DNA from: Myxococcota bacterium
GTDB taxonomy: Bacteria > Myxococcota > JACRCW01
DNA: 64,000 bases
Assembly (NCBI GenBank): GCA_040752415.1
Contig: JBFMGU010000004.1
Location: 1 to 64,000, forward strand
Direction: 5' to 3'
A program made the position numbers and the translations under genes. Positions 21,023 through 32,694 of the stretch are shown here, in pieces. Every line of letters starts with the position of its first letter. Position 1 is the first letter of the stretch. The notes under the pieces were generated by a model. The model worked only from the letters and a program-made list of their open reading frames with translations. It was not told the origin of the DNA and ran no database searches.

Positions 21023-21634
21023 ATGTCCGTGCGCGCGGCGCTGTTCGACATCGGTGGTGTCCTCGAGATCACGCCGAGCACGGGCTGGCGTCAGAAGTGG
21101 GAAACGCGGTTGTGTTTGCGCCCGGGGGAGCTGGATGAACGGCTGGCGGAGGTCTGGCGGGCCGGCGCGGTGGGACGGATCACGGAGCAGGAGGTGAGCG
21201 CGCGCATTGGCGCAATCCTTTCGCTGGACGCGCGGGAGACCGCTGCGCTCCTGCACGACGGGTGGGAAGAGTACCTGGGGCAGCCCAACTTCGAGCTCAT
21301 CGCGTATTTTCGTGGGCTGCGGCCGCGCCTTCGCACGGGCATCATCAGCAACAGCTTCGTGGGCGCGCGGGAGCGGGAACACGCTCGCTACGCGTTTGCT
21401 GAGCTGTGCGACGTGCTCATCTACTCGCACGAAGTGGGAATGGAGAAGCCGGATTCGCGGATCTTCGAGTTGGCGCTCTCCCGTCTCGAAGTGCGGGCCG
21501 AAGAGGCCGTGTTCGTGGATGACGTGGAGATGCACGTGGACGCGGCGCGGAAGCTGGGCATGCACGCCGTCCTCTTCACGGACGCTGCGCGGGCCATTGC
21601 CGAGATCGAGGCGCTGCGACATCGAGTCGCGTGA
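21023..21634 (+). CDS. HAD-superfamily phosphatase
   Basis: FDIGGVL (motif I), ISNS, EKPD, FVDD. Confidence 0.88.
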   Translation: MSVRAALFDIGGVLEITPSTGWRQKWETRLCLRPGELDERLAEVWRAGAVGRITEQEVSARIGAILSLDARETAALLHDGWEEYLGQPNFELIAYFRGLRPRLRTGIISNSFVGAREREHARYAFAELCDVLIYSHEVGMEKPDSRIFELALSRLEVRAEEAVFVDDVEMHVDAARKLGMHAVLFTDAARAIAEIEALRHRVA

Positions 21635-21645
21635 CCCCGTGGACG

Positions 21646-22824
21646 TCAACCCCGACGTCGCATCCGTGCAAACGCCACCGCAAATGCGCACGCCACCATG
21701 GCTCCCGTCGCCAGCACGCCACCCATCCACGCACCCGATGCATTCTCGAGGATCCACCCCTGCGCAAACCCCGCCGGCATCGCCGAGAGCGCGGTGATGG
21801 CGTGGTAGAAGCCGAAGCCCCTGCCGCGCGCGCGTTTGGGCCAGCACTCACTCACCAGCGCCTTCTCCACGCCCTCCACCAGGCCCGCGTGCAGCCCGTA
21901 GAGGAGCATCGCGCCGATGAGCAGCTCCATCGTGGGGGCGAGGCCGCAGAGGAGCACCGTCACGGCGTACACCACGTAGCCCAGCACGAGCGTGCGCTCC
22001 CGACCCACGCGGTCCGCCCACGCGCCCATGGGACCACCTGTCAACGTCTTCACCACATGCAGCCCCGACCACGCGAGCGGCAACGCCAACGCCGGCGCGC
22101 CGAGCGCATGCAGGCGTGAAAGCAACAGCACCTCCTGCAGGCGGAACGCCGCGAACACCGCGGTGGTGGCCAGGAGCAGTCGTGCGCCGGGCAGCGCGGC
22201 CTGCGGTGGGGCAGGCGTGGAAGGCTGTTTCTCCGTCGGGGCGGGCGCGTGGGGAACTTCCTTGACGCCAAGCCACAGACACAGCACCGCGCCCAATCCC
22301 GGAATCAGCGAGAGCAGGAAGGCAAGGCGGATCTGCGGCAGGTCGCTGTGCCCGGCGAGGATGGCCACCGCCACCAGGGGCCCCAGCACCGCGCCCGCGT
22401 GGTCCATGGAGCGATGGAACCCGAAGGCCGCGCCGCGACCCTCGGGAGCGACGGAGTCGGCGATGAGCGCGTCGCGGGGGGCGCTGCGGATGCCCTTGCC
22501 CACGCGGTCCAGGCCGCGCAGGAGCAGCACGTGGATGGGCAGCGTGGACAGCCCGTTGAGCGGGCGCGCCAGCGTGGCCAGCGTGTAGCCCAGCAGCACC
22601 AGCGGCTTCCGACGAGGCAGGCGGTCGCTGAAGCTTCCCGAGGCGTACTTGAGGAGCGCGCTGATGGCGTCGGCCATGCCCTCCAGCAGGCCCAGGAACG
22701 CCGCGCCCCGACCCATCCCCGCGAGCAGGAGCGGGAACAGGGGCAGGCACATCTCGCTGGCCAGGTCGGTGAGGAGGGAGACCAGGCCCAGCATCACCAC
22801 GTTGCGCGGGAGGCTCTTCAACAC
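21646..22824 (-). CDS. MFS transporter
   Basis: LGLVSLLTDLASE, GSFSDRLPRRK, DRVGKGIRSAPRDALIADS, GAWADRVGR; real start GTG 22824 inside the longer track ORF. Confidence 0.88.
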   Translation of the reverse strand: MLKSLPRNVVMLGLVSLLTDLASEMCLPLFPLLLAGMGRGAAFLGLLEGMADAISALLKYASGSFSDRLPRRKPLVLLGYTLATLARPLNGLSTLPIHVLLLRGLDRVGKGIRSAPRDALIADSVAPEGRGAAFGFHRSMDHAGAVLGPLVAVAILAGHSDLPQIRLAFLLSLIPGLGAVLCLWLGVKEVPHAPAPTEKQPSTPAPPQAALPGARLLLATTAVFAAFRLQEVLLLSRLHALGAPALALPLAWSGLHVVKTLTGGPMGAWADRVGRERTLVLGYVVYAVTVLLCGLAPTMELLIGAMLLYGLHAGLVEGVEKALVSECWPKRARGRGFGFYHAITALSAMPAGFAQGWILENASGAWMGGVLATGAMVACAFAVAFARMRRRG

Positions 22825-22905
22825 GGCCCTCCCATGGCCCACCCCGGCGGCGCACGCAACCCGAAGGGGCCCGCCGCCCGGCCCGTGGTACGGTGGTGGG
22901 TGCCC

Positions 22906-24597
22906 ATGGCTTCCTCCTCCTCCCTGTCCCGCAACCGTGGCCTCGTGTTGCTCAGGGCGCTGCTCGTCCCGGGCGCGCTCATCCTGGGCGGATGCCCGCA
23001 GCTGGCCCTGTTCATGCCCGTCACCCGCGCCGGCAACGGCGAGGTGTGTGAAGGAGCGTACGACTGCCAGGACGGCCTGGACTGCATCTGCCAGCGGTGC
23101 GCGCCCGTTGGCACCGTGGGCAGCTGCGACGACCTGGGCGACGCGGGCGTGCCCGTGTGCGGCGACACGCGTCCGGTGTGCTTCGCGGAATGCGGCAGCC
23201 TGGTCTCGGTGAGCAGCGCGAGCTGCAACCGGCAGGAAGGGCGCTGGCAGTGCACCACCGGCGTCTTGTTCAGCGAGTGTCCCGACGGAACCTGCTGGGG
23301 GCCACCGCGCACCGGCGAGGTCTGCGTCAACGGTTCGTGGGAGTGCCCCAACGGCGAGACCAATCTGGGTGAGTGCTACACGCCGGGCGGCTGCAACGTG
23401 GATGGCGGCGTCACCATTGCGCCGGGATGTCGCTACACGCCCACCTGCAACGGCTCGGTGAGCGCGTGTCAGTCGATCTGGTGCCGGGACGGAACGGATT
23501 CTCCCGCGGTGTGCGTGGCCAACCGCTGGGCTTGTGACGACGGTGTCCTCACCTCGACGTGCCCGCCGGACTGCGGGGAGGGACCGGTGCCGGACTGCTT
23601 TGCGTCGTGCGGCGACCCGCGCGTCGTCGGGAGCGCGGCGTGCACGGAGGGTGGGTACGTCTGTACCGTGGGCGTGCTGCGCAACTCCTGCCCGTCCAAC
23701 ACGTGCTGGACGCCTCCCCCGGCGGGAGCGGCCGGATGCGTCGACGGCGGCTGGGTCTGCGGCGACGCGGGCAACGCGCCGGGTGGCGGATGCAACACGC
23801 CCAACGGCTGCGGCGACGCGGGCGAGCCCCCGTTCTGCTACGCGGAGGTGTGCTGCAACAGCCAGCCGCTCCCCGCGCTGTGCGTGGACTACCAGTGGAG
23901 CTGCGCCAACCTGACGTCGTCGACGGAGTGCCTGGCGCGACCCATCTGCAACTTCCACCTGGACGCCGGCGTGCGCGACGCGGCCCGTGCCGACGTGGGT
24001 GTCCCCGACGCTGCCGCGCCCGACGCCGCCCTGGACGCGGGCGTTCCCGACGTGGGCGTGCCCGAGGCAGGGACGCCGGAAGCGGGCGTTCCCGACGCGG
24101 CGGTGGATGGAGGCGTGTCGGACGCGGCGGTGCCCGGTGACGCGGCGGTGGCCTCGGACGCGGCGGTCGACGCGGGACCCACGACGGACGCGGGCTCCCC
24201 CGACGGAGGCGCGGCCTGTACCGACGACCTCTACGAGCCCAACGACTCGCGCGCGGAGGCGCCGCTGCTGTTCCCGCCGGTGGTGCTGGGCTCGCTGCCG
24301 GGCAACGGGCTGACGGTGTGCGTGGGCCAGGAGGACTGGTTCCTCTTCAACCTCAACGGCGGCGAGGACATCTCCGCCACGCTGCAATACGTGGGCGGCA
24401 ACGTGCGCGTCATCCTCGTGGACCCGGATGACCTGCCGGCGGCGGTGGCCAACCCGGTTCCCGACGGGCAGGGCGGCGGAACCACGACGCTGGCGCCGTT
24501 CGAGGCACCGGTGAGCGGGACGTACGCCATTCGCGTGGTCTCCGTGGCGGGCGCGCAGGCGGCGGAATACACGCTCTCCGTGGATGTGCAGCCGTGA
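22906..24597 (+). CDS. Cys-rich repeat lipoprotein with DAG/DAA linker and C-terminal PPC-like domain
   Basis: Lipobox LGGC; many C..W.C repeats; acidic Ala-rich linker; DDLYEPND...EDWF...GTYAIRV. Confidence 0.72.
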   Translation: MASSSSLSRNRGLVLLRALLVPGALILGGCPQLALFMPVTRAGNGEVCEGAYDCQDGLDCICQRCAPVGTVGSCDDLGDAGVPVCGDTRPVCFAECGSLVSVSSASCNRQEGRWQCTTGVLFSECPDGTCWGPPRTGEVCVNGSWECPNGETNLGECYTPGGCNVDGGVTIAPGCRYTPTCNGSVSACQSIWCRDGTDSPAVCVANRWACDDGVLTSTCPPDCGEGPVPDCFASCGDPRVVGSAACTEGGYVCTVGVLRNSCPSNTCWTPPPAGAAGCVDGGWVCGDAGNAPGGGCNTPNGCGDAGEPPFCYAEVCCNSQPLPALCVDYQWSCANLTSSTECLARPICNFHLDAGVRDAARADVGVPDAAAPDAALDAGVPDVGVPEAGTPEAGVPDAAVDGGVSDAAVPGDAAVASDAAVDAGPTTDAGSPDGGAACTDDLYEPNDSRAEAPLLFPPVVLGSLPGNGLTVCVGQEDWFLFNLNGGEDISATLQYVGGNVRVILVDPDDLPAAVANPVPDGQGGGTTTLAPFEAPVSGTYAIRVVSVAGAQAAEYTLSVDVQP

Positions 24598-25571
24598 AGC
24601 GTGGCGTGCTGTTGGCCTGTTTGCTGGCGGGTTGCACCACGCAGTCCACCACGACGTCGACGCCGGACCGTGGAGGCGCGGTGCGGGTGGTGGCGGTGGA
24701 CGTGGGGCAGGGTGACTGCACGCTGGTGGTGGGGACCGACGGCACGGTGGTGCTGATTGATGGCGGAGGACTCTCGTCGGGGGCGGAGGTGCGCGCGGCG
24801 GTGCAACGGGAGACGGGTGGCCGCGTGGATCACGTGGTGGTGACGCACTACGACGCTGATCACCTGGCGGGCGTGGCGGACTTCCTGCTGGGCCCGGACC
24901 GCGTGGACGGCACCCCCGACGACGGCGCGCCCGAGGCGAAGCTGTGGGACTACGGCGACGACGGCACGTGCAGCACGCAGACCTGCGACCGCTACCGCGA
25001 CGCGCGCATGGGCCGGGGGCAGACCATCCCGCTGGGGGAGGTCATTTCGCTGGGCGTGGCGCAGCTGGAGTGCGTGGCGGTGAATGGCCGCGTGGCGGAT
25101 GGCAGCGTGGTGCCGCCGTCCGACGAGAACTCGCGGTCCGTCTCGTTCATCCTGCGTCATGGCACGTTCACCGCGCTGCTGGCGGGCGACCTCACCGGCG
25201 GCGGGGAAGGCACCGCGGACGTGGAGACGCCGCTGGCGCGCCACACGGGACCGGTGAGCCTGCTGCACGTGAACCACCATGGTTCGAAGACGAGCAGCAA
25301 CCAGGGCGCGTTAGCGTTGTGGGCCCCGCGCGCGGCGATCATCAGCGTGGGCACCGACAACAGCTACTGCCACCCGGCGCAGGATGTGCTGGATCGCGTC
25401 GTGGAGGTGGGGGCGCGGGTGTTCGCGACGGGTGGGGGCATGGTGAACACGGACTCGCGTTGCACGCGGACCACGGATTGGCCGGCGGGGAGTCGTGCGG
25501 GGTTGGGTGACGTGGTGGTGACGGCGTATTCCGACGGGGCGTTCTACGTCGCCGACGAACTGGTGGAGTAG
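24594..25571 (+). CDS. ComEC/Rec2-like metallo-beta-lactamase-fold lipoprotein
   Basis: Lipobox LAGC; DVGQGD, THYDADHLAG, LAGDL, NHHGS, ISVGTDNSYCHP. Confidence 0.85.
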   Translation: MKRGVLLACLLAGCTTQSTTTSTPDRGGAVRVVAVDVGQGDCTLVVGTDGTVVLIDGGGLSSGAEVRAAVQRETGGRVDHVVVTHYDADHLAGVADFLLGPDRVDGTPDDGAPEAKLWDYGDDGTCSTQTCDRYRDARMGRGQTIPLGEVISLGVAQLECVAVNGRVADGSVVPPSDENSRSVSFILRHGTFTALLAGDLTGGGEGTADVETPLARHTGPVSLLHVNHHGSKTSSNQGALALWAPRAAIISVGTDNSYCHPAQDVLDRVVEVGARVFATGGGMVNTDSRCTRTTDWPAGSRAGLGDVVVTAYSDGAFYVADELVE

Positions 25572-25693
25572 CGGAGCGCCACGGGGCTGACGGGTCACGG
25601 TATTGCCGGGGTGTTGGCGCACTCTTCAGCCCACGTCGTCACCGGCGCGCTTCACCCGGCGCCTCGGCCAACCGGCACGGAAGTGATGTCAGA

Positions 25694-26023
25694 GGCTGCG
25701 TCTCAACAAATTGCCCATTCCGTCGTGGCCGGCGAACACCTAACCCCCCGCGTTTGTCCCGCTGCGCCCACTCGCCCCCCTTCCCCAGTCCCAGGTTTCC
25801 GTCGTCACCGAGCCGGGGAAGGGGGGCAGCCGATGGGCGCAGCTGCCCTCTTTCCGACGAGAACAAGTCCCAATGCAATGCCAATGCGTGCCCCCCTTCC
25901 CCGCAATGGTTGACGACGGTGAGCGGGTGTGGGGAAGGGGGGCGAACGAGCGCAGCGGGACAAGCGTGGGGGGTTAGGTGTTCGCCGGCCACGACGGAAT
26001 GGTCAATTTGTTGAGACGCAGCC
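25694..26023. mobile_element. MITE-like long inverted-repeat element with nested hairpins (family B)
   Basis: About 135-bp arms (25694-25828, 25889-26023) starting GGCTGCGTCTCAACAAATTG; each arm holds a GCCCCCCTTCCCC/GGGGAAGGGGGGC hairpin. Confidence 0.75.
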
Positions 26024-26094
26024 CCGCCGTTGACGTCCACCCGGCCGCGCAGTGACGCCGGGTGGCCGCGATTCCACGCAGCCCAACTGCGCGA

Positions 26095-26862
26095 TTAGCG
26101 CTTGCGACGCGCGCCCTTCTTCTTTGGCGCGGCCTTGGCCTTCTTCTTCGTCGTCACCTTGGCGGGCTTCTTCACCGGCTTCTTGACTGCCTTGGGCTTG
26201 GGGCGTGCCTTCGGCGCGGGACGCCTGGCCTTGGCGGGTGCGGGGCGCGCCGCCTTCTCCACGACGACAGGTGCAGCCACCACCGGCGGTGGAACAGGCA
26301 GCGGCGGGGGCACGGCGGGCGGCTTCTTCTTGTGCGAGCGCTTCAGGCCCTGCAGACGCGCCGCGCTGGCGGCCTTCTGCTCCGCCGTCTTCTGCATGAC
26401 CTGCAGGTGATGGCTCATCAGGCGCAGACCCCGTGAGACCTGCTTGAGCGCTTCCTCCAGTCGCGCATCCAGCTCCAGGTCCTGCTCCGTGGTGGCGCGA
26501 CCCTTCTGCGCCTTGGCCGCGCGCGCCTGGACCTGCGCAAACGCGTCCCGCGCAATGCGCCGCATGTAGTCGTCAATGTCCGCCGCCGAGGCCAGCCGCA
26601 TCACCACGCCACGCCCCGACACCTGCAACCGACCCTCCGGGTCCCGCAACGGCGGATCAAACGGACCCACAAAGCCCATATCGACGCCCGTCCGGTCCGG
26701 CGCGAGATACCCGAGCGGACTGCGCACGCTGTAATCCAACCGCTGACCGGAGACGGCCTCCGTGATCCCAGGCCCCAGGCTGAGCATCATGTCCCGCAGG
26801 CGCACCGTGAGCTCGGCCACGCGCTCCGGCAGATCCTCCAGCACCACGTCGTATTCAATCAT
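26095..26862 (-). CDS. DUF1801/YdhG-like domain fused to Lys/Ala/Pro-rich histone-H1-like tail
   Basis: N-terminal pattern (LRDMMLSLGPGITEAV...VDMGF...LRDPEGRLQVSG); tail KAVKKPVKKPAKVTTKKKAKAAPKKK. Confidence 0.6.
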   Translation of the reverse strand: MIEYDVVLEDLPERVAELTVRLRDMMLSLGPGITEAVSGQRLDYSVRSPLGYLAPDRTGVDMGFVGPFDPPLRDPEGRLQVSGRGVVMRLASAADIDDYMRRIARDAFAQVQARAAKAQKGRATTEQDLELDARLEEALKQVSRGLRLMSHHLQVMQKTAEQKAASAARLQGLKRSHKKKPPAVPPPLPVPPPVVAAPVVVEKAARPAPAKARRPAPKARPKPKAVKKPVKKPAKVTTKKKAKAAPKKKGARRKR

Positions 26863-26931
26863 GGACCGGTGTTGTCGGTGGCGTGGGCGCGGGACGTCAA
26901 CCGTCGGGCGACCGGTGCGTTGCCCACCGTG

Positions 26932-28995
<2,064 letters not shown>

Positions 28996-29166
28996 GGCAG
29001 GCTTCCTCGAGGGAAAGGGCTCAGGAGCGTCATAGCGCGGTGTCGCCCCAGGTGCTGCCGTGCGGAGCGCCTGTCCGGTGCCACGTCGAGCGGTACCTCG
29101 TGGGGGGCTGGCGCGCGTCGACGCGTGGGGCGCCGGCGTGGTCGTCAGCACATAGGAGAACGCGCC

Positions 29167-29358
29167 ATGACCCACCACCCGCATGCCGCCGCGGCCACCA
29201 ACCCGGCCGAGTCCGTTGTCGACCCCGTGTGCGGAGCGGAGGTCTCGCCGCGCACGTCCTTGAAGGTCACCTTCCAGGACCACACGTTCCAGTTCTGCTC
29301 CCCGAAATGCCGGGAACGGTTTGAGCGGGAGCCGGAGAAGTTCGTGGGGTTTGCGTGA
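29167..29358 (+). CDS. Small YHS-domain protein
   Basis: DPVCG...[28 protein letters not shown]. Confidence 0.85.
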   Translation: MTHHPHAAAATNPAESVVDPVCGAEVSPRTSLKVTFQDHTFQFCSPKCRERFEREPEKFVGFA

Positions 29359-29715
29359 CGGTGCGCGATGAAGCAAGGACCGCCATTCCCTGCACACACC
29401 ATTCTTCCACGTGGCTGCTTCTTGCGGTTTAGTGTTGCGAGACTGTCACAGACTACGCAACCAATGGCAGAGCTTCCGCTGCGAGCGGGGGTGCTCTCGG
29501 GTAACTCATGGTGCACAAGCCTGTTCGGGAAAACCCCAGGGAGGTCGTCAAAGCCGGCAATGGTGGCGTCGGAGGACCGGGCGTGATGTCATCCGCTGGC
29601 TCAAGCGTGAACCTCATCGGTCCGCCGCGCTTCCGTAGGAAGTGGTGCTGCAGCGAGGGGGTGGGACGCCAAGCCCGCGGACGAGTGAGCACGTAAGGTC
29701 GTGGAAGGGGCGGAG

Positions 29716-31113
29716 ATGCAGGAGTCTCTGGAGCGGTTGCCAGCGGGAACCGAAGCACTGGCGAGCTTCATGGAAGCCGCGCCCGACGCCATCGTGGTCG
29801 TGGACTCGCGCGGGTGCATCCGGATGGTGAACCGGCTCGTCGAGCGGATGTTCGGGTACACGCGCGAGGAGCTGTTGGGGCAGCGCGTGGAGACGCTCAT
29901 CCCCGAGCGCTACCGAAAGGCGCACGAGGAGCACCGCACGGGCTACGTCCACGCCCCGCGCACCCGCCCCATGGGCGAGCGCCAGGTGCTCTCCGGTCGT
30001 CGGAAGAACGGCAGGGAGTTCCCGGTGGAAATCAGCCTGAGTCCGCTCCGGACCGAGGCGGGGCTCCTGGTCATCAGCATCATCCGCGACACCACGGAGC
30101 GAACTCAGGCGGAAGCCAAGTTCCGTGGTCTCCTGGAGTCCGCGCCCGACGGCATCGTGGTGGTGAACGCCCAGGGACTCATCACCATCGTCAACACGCA
30201 GACCGAGCGCATGTTTGGGTACTCTCGCGACGAGCTTCTGGGGCAGCCCGTGGAGATCCTCGTCCCGGAGCGCTTCCGGGAGATGCATCCGCGATACCGC
30301 CACGGCTACTTCGAGGAGCCACGCACGCGTCCCATGGGCGAGGGTCGGATGCTCACCGGTCGCAAGCGCGACGGCACCGAGTTCCCTGTGGAGATCAGCC
30401 TCAGCCCGCTGGTGACGGAAGAAGGCACGTTGGTCACCGGGATCATTCGCGACATCTCCGAGCGCCGTCGCGTGGAGGAACAGCTTCGCGCTTCGCTCCG
30501 AGAAAAGGAGGTGCTGCTCAAAGAGATCCACCACCGCGTCAAGAACAACCTGCAGGTCACCTCCAGCCTCCTGAAGCTGCAGTCGTCGTACATTGCGGAT
30601 CAGCAGGCTCGGGAGATCTTCTCGGAGAGCCAGAACCGCATCCGCTCCATGGCGCTGGTGCATGAGAAGCTCTACCAGTCACGGGACCTCTCCCGCGTGG
30701 ACCTCAACGAGTACACGCGCAGCCTGGCTGCGCTGCTCTTCCGTTCTTACGGCACGGACCCTGCACGGGTCTCTTTGCGCCTGGAGGGTGAGCCCATCTT
30801 GCTGACGATTGATACCGCGGTGCCCTGTGGCCTCATCCTCAACGAGCTGCTGTCCAATTGCCTGAAGCACGCGTTTCCCGACGGGCGCAATGGCACCGTC
30901 ACCGTCCGCGTGGGCTCGCCGGCCGGCGGGCGCCACCAGCTTGAGGTCCGGGATGACGGCGTGGGACTACCGCCTGGTTTCGACGTCAAGAAGGTGGAGA
31001 GCCTGGGGCTGCAGCTGGTCAACACGCTGGTGGAACAGATCCACGGTCACCTGGAGGTGGATGTGGCGGGTGGGACGGCGTTCCGTGTCCGGTTCTCCGA
31101 GGTGAAGGCATGA
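29716..31113 (+). CDS. Tandem-PAS sensor histidine kinase, HisKA_2 type
   Basis: Two near-duplicate PAS domains; EIHHRVKNNLQ H-box; NELLSNCLKHAF; DDGVG. Confidence 0.92.
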   Translation: MQESLERLPAGTEALASFMEAAPDAIVVVDSRGCIRMVNRLVERMFGYTREELLGQRVETLIPERYRKAHEEHRTGYVHAPRTRPMGERQVLSGRRKNGREFPVEISLSPLRTEAGLLVISIIRDTTERTQAEAKFRGLLESAPDGIVVVNAQGLITIVNTQTERMFGYSRDELLGQPVEILVPERFREMHPRYRHGYFEEPRTRPMGEGRMLTGRKRDGTEFPVEISLSPLVTEEGTLVTGIIRDISERRRVEEQLRASLREKEVLLKEIHHRVKNNLQVTSSLLKLQSSYIADQQAREIFSESQNRIRSMALVHEKLYQSRDLSRVDLNEYTRSLAALLFRSYGTDPARVSLRLEGEPILLTIDTAVPCGLILNELLSNCLKHAFPDGRNGTVTVRVGSPAGGRHQLEVRDDGVGLPPGFDVKKVESLGLQLVNTLVEQIHGHLEVDVAGGTAFRVRFSEVKA

Positions 31114-32309
31114 GGTCTCACCTGCAAGCGCGGCGCCCGCCCGTCTCCCCACGGGTCCTCATCGTCGAGGACGAGGGGATTGTGGCCAAGGACATCGAGC
31201 ACACGCTCAAGGGCCTGGGTTACGTGGTGGTGGGAACCGCCGCTACGGAAGAGGACGCCGTCCACAAGGCGGAGGAAACCAACCCGGACATCGTCCTCAT
31301 GGACATCAAGCTGCGCGACGACGGAGACGGAATCCGCGCCGCGGCGGAGATCCGTCGGCGCCAGGACGTCCCGGTGGTGTTCCTCACCGCGTATGCTGAC
31401 GAGAGCACGCTGCAGCGCGCGCAGACCACGGGGGCCTTTGGCTACGTGCTCAAGCCCTTCGAGGACCGCGAGCTGCACGTGGCCATTGTGATGGCGATGT
31501 GCAAACACCGCGCAATGGATGAGCTGGAGCAGCGCGTGGCGGATCGGACCGCGGCGCTGGCGAACGCGGTGCGACTCCGCGACGAGTTCATGCTGGTGGC
31601 GGCCCATGAGCTGCGCACGCCGCTCACCGGTCTGCTGTTGAACCTGGAGAGCCTGGTGCAAAGCCTCTCACGCGGGGAGGAGCGGCTGGTCAACCGGGAG
31701 CGTGCGCTCAAGAAGTCGGTCAGCGCCGCGGCCCAGGCCCGGCGACTCAGCATCCTGGTGGAGCGCATCCTGGACGTGACCGGGTTGGCGTCGGAAAAGC
31801 TTGCCCTGCAGTTGGGGGAATGTGACCTGGGCCAGATGGCGTCGGAGGTGGTGGACGGCATGCGGGAGCAGGCGCGCGCGACGGGGTGTGAGCTGCTCCT
31901 GCGGGTTGCCGGCGAGAACACGGGAACGTTCGACCGGGCGCGCATGCAGCAGGTGCTCACCGCGTTGATTGCCAACGCGCTCAAGTACGGAGCCGGCAAG
32001 CCGGTGGAAGTCGCCGTGACGGGAGAAAGTGACTCCATCCGGCTCAGCGTCAGCGATCAAGGCATTGGCCTCCGCGCCGAGGACGCGGAGCGGATCTTCG
32101 GGCGTTTCGAGCGCGTTGCGGCGAGGGTCAACTATGCCGGGCTGGGAATTGGGCTGTTCGTGGCGCGCCGTATTGTGGATGCGCACCATGGACACATTGA
32201 GGTTCAATCGGCGCCGGACAAGGGGGCGACCTTCGTTGTGACCCTGCCGCGGGAGGCCCGTGACAGCGCGGCCTGCAGTGACCGGGAGGTCGCCCATGGC
32301 CGGCCCTGA
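31110..32309 (+). CDS. Hybrid receiver - histidine kinase
   Basis: LIVEDE, LMDIKL, KPF receiver motifs; AHELRTPL; NALKYG; DQGIG. Confidence 0.92.
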   Translation: MRSHLQARRPPVSPRVLIVEDEGIVAKDIEHTLKGLGYVVVGTAATEEDAVHKAEETNPDIVLMDIKLRDDGDGIRAAAEIRRRQDVPVVFLTAYADESTLQRAQTTGAFGYVLKPFEDRELHVAIVMAMCKHRAMDELEQRVADRTAALANAVRLRDEFMLVAAHELRTPLTGLLLNLESLVQSLSRGEERLVNRERALKKSVSAAAQARRLSILVERILDVTGLASEKLALQLGECDLGQMASEVVDGMREQARATGCELLLRVAGENTGTFDRARMQQVLTALIANALKYGAGKPVEVAVTGESDSIRLSVSDQGIGLRAEDAERIFGRFERVAARVNYAGLGIGLFVARRIVDAHHGHIEVQSAPDKGATFVVTLPREARDSAACSDREVAHGRP

Positions 32310-32694
32310 ACGGGACAGCTTTACCGTGCTTGTCGTCGAGGATGACGAGGAGCTCCGTGAGACCGTGAACGAGGTACTGAGGGAGAACGGCTTCCAGGTC
32401 CAAGGCGCCAGCAACGGCCGAGAGGCGCTGGACTGGCTGAAGAGCCATGCGTCGGATCGCGTCTGCCTCATCCTGCTGGACGTCATGATGCCGATCATGG
32501 ACGGCCGCGGATTCCGACTGGCCCAGCTTGCGGATCCGGAGCTGGCGCCCATCCCGGTGGTCCTGTTCTCCGCGCACCAGGACGTGGCCCAAATGGCAGC
32601 TGAGCTCAGGGTGACGGACTTCATCGTCAAGCCGCCCAGGCTCGACCGATTGCTGGACACCGTGGCCAAGCACTGCCCCTGCATGGAGTGTTGA
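32296..32694 (+). CDS. Single-domain response regulator
   Basis: VLVVEDD, LLDVMMPIMDG, VKP; GGGAGG RBS. Confidence 0.9.
   Translation: MAGPERDSFTVLVVEDDEELRETVNEVLRENGFQVQGASNGREALDWLKSHASDRVCLILLDVMMPIMDGRGFRLAQLADPELAPIPVVLFSAHQDVAQMAAELRVTDFIVKPPRLDRLLDTVAKHCPCMEC

Noticed and set aside
19465..24210. GACGC-rich quasi-repeats at about 19465-19640 and 23960-24210
   Set aside because: Explained by Asp-Ala-Gly/Ala low-complexity protein linkers common in myxobacterial lipoproteins.
21646..24597. Apparent 913-aa and 782-aa overlapping proteins
   Set aside because: Each is a real gene (MFS from 22824, Cys-rich protein from 22906) extended upstream through the antisense strand of the other; they are not fusions.
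29413..29480. Possible sigma54 promoters upstream of the PAS kinase
   Set aside because: The first match has GG-N9-GC spacing; the second (TGGCAGAGCTTCCGCT) has a poor -12 element and lies far from the start codon.
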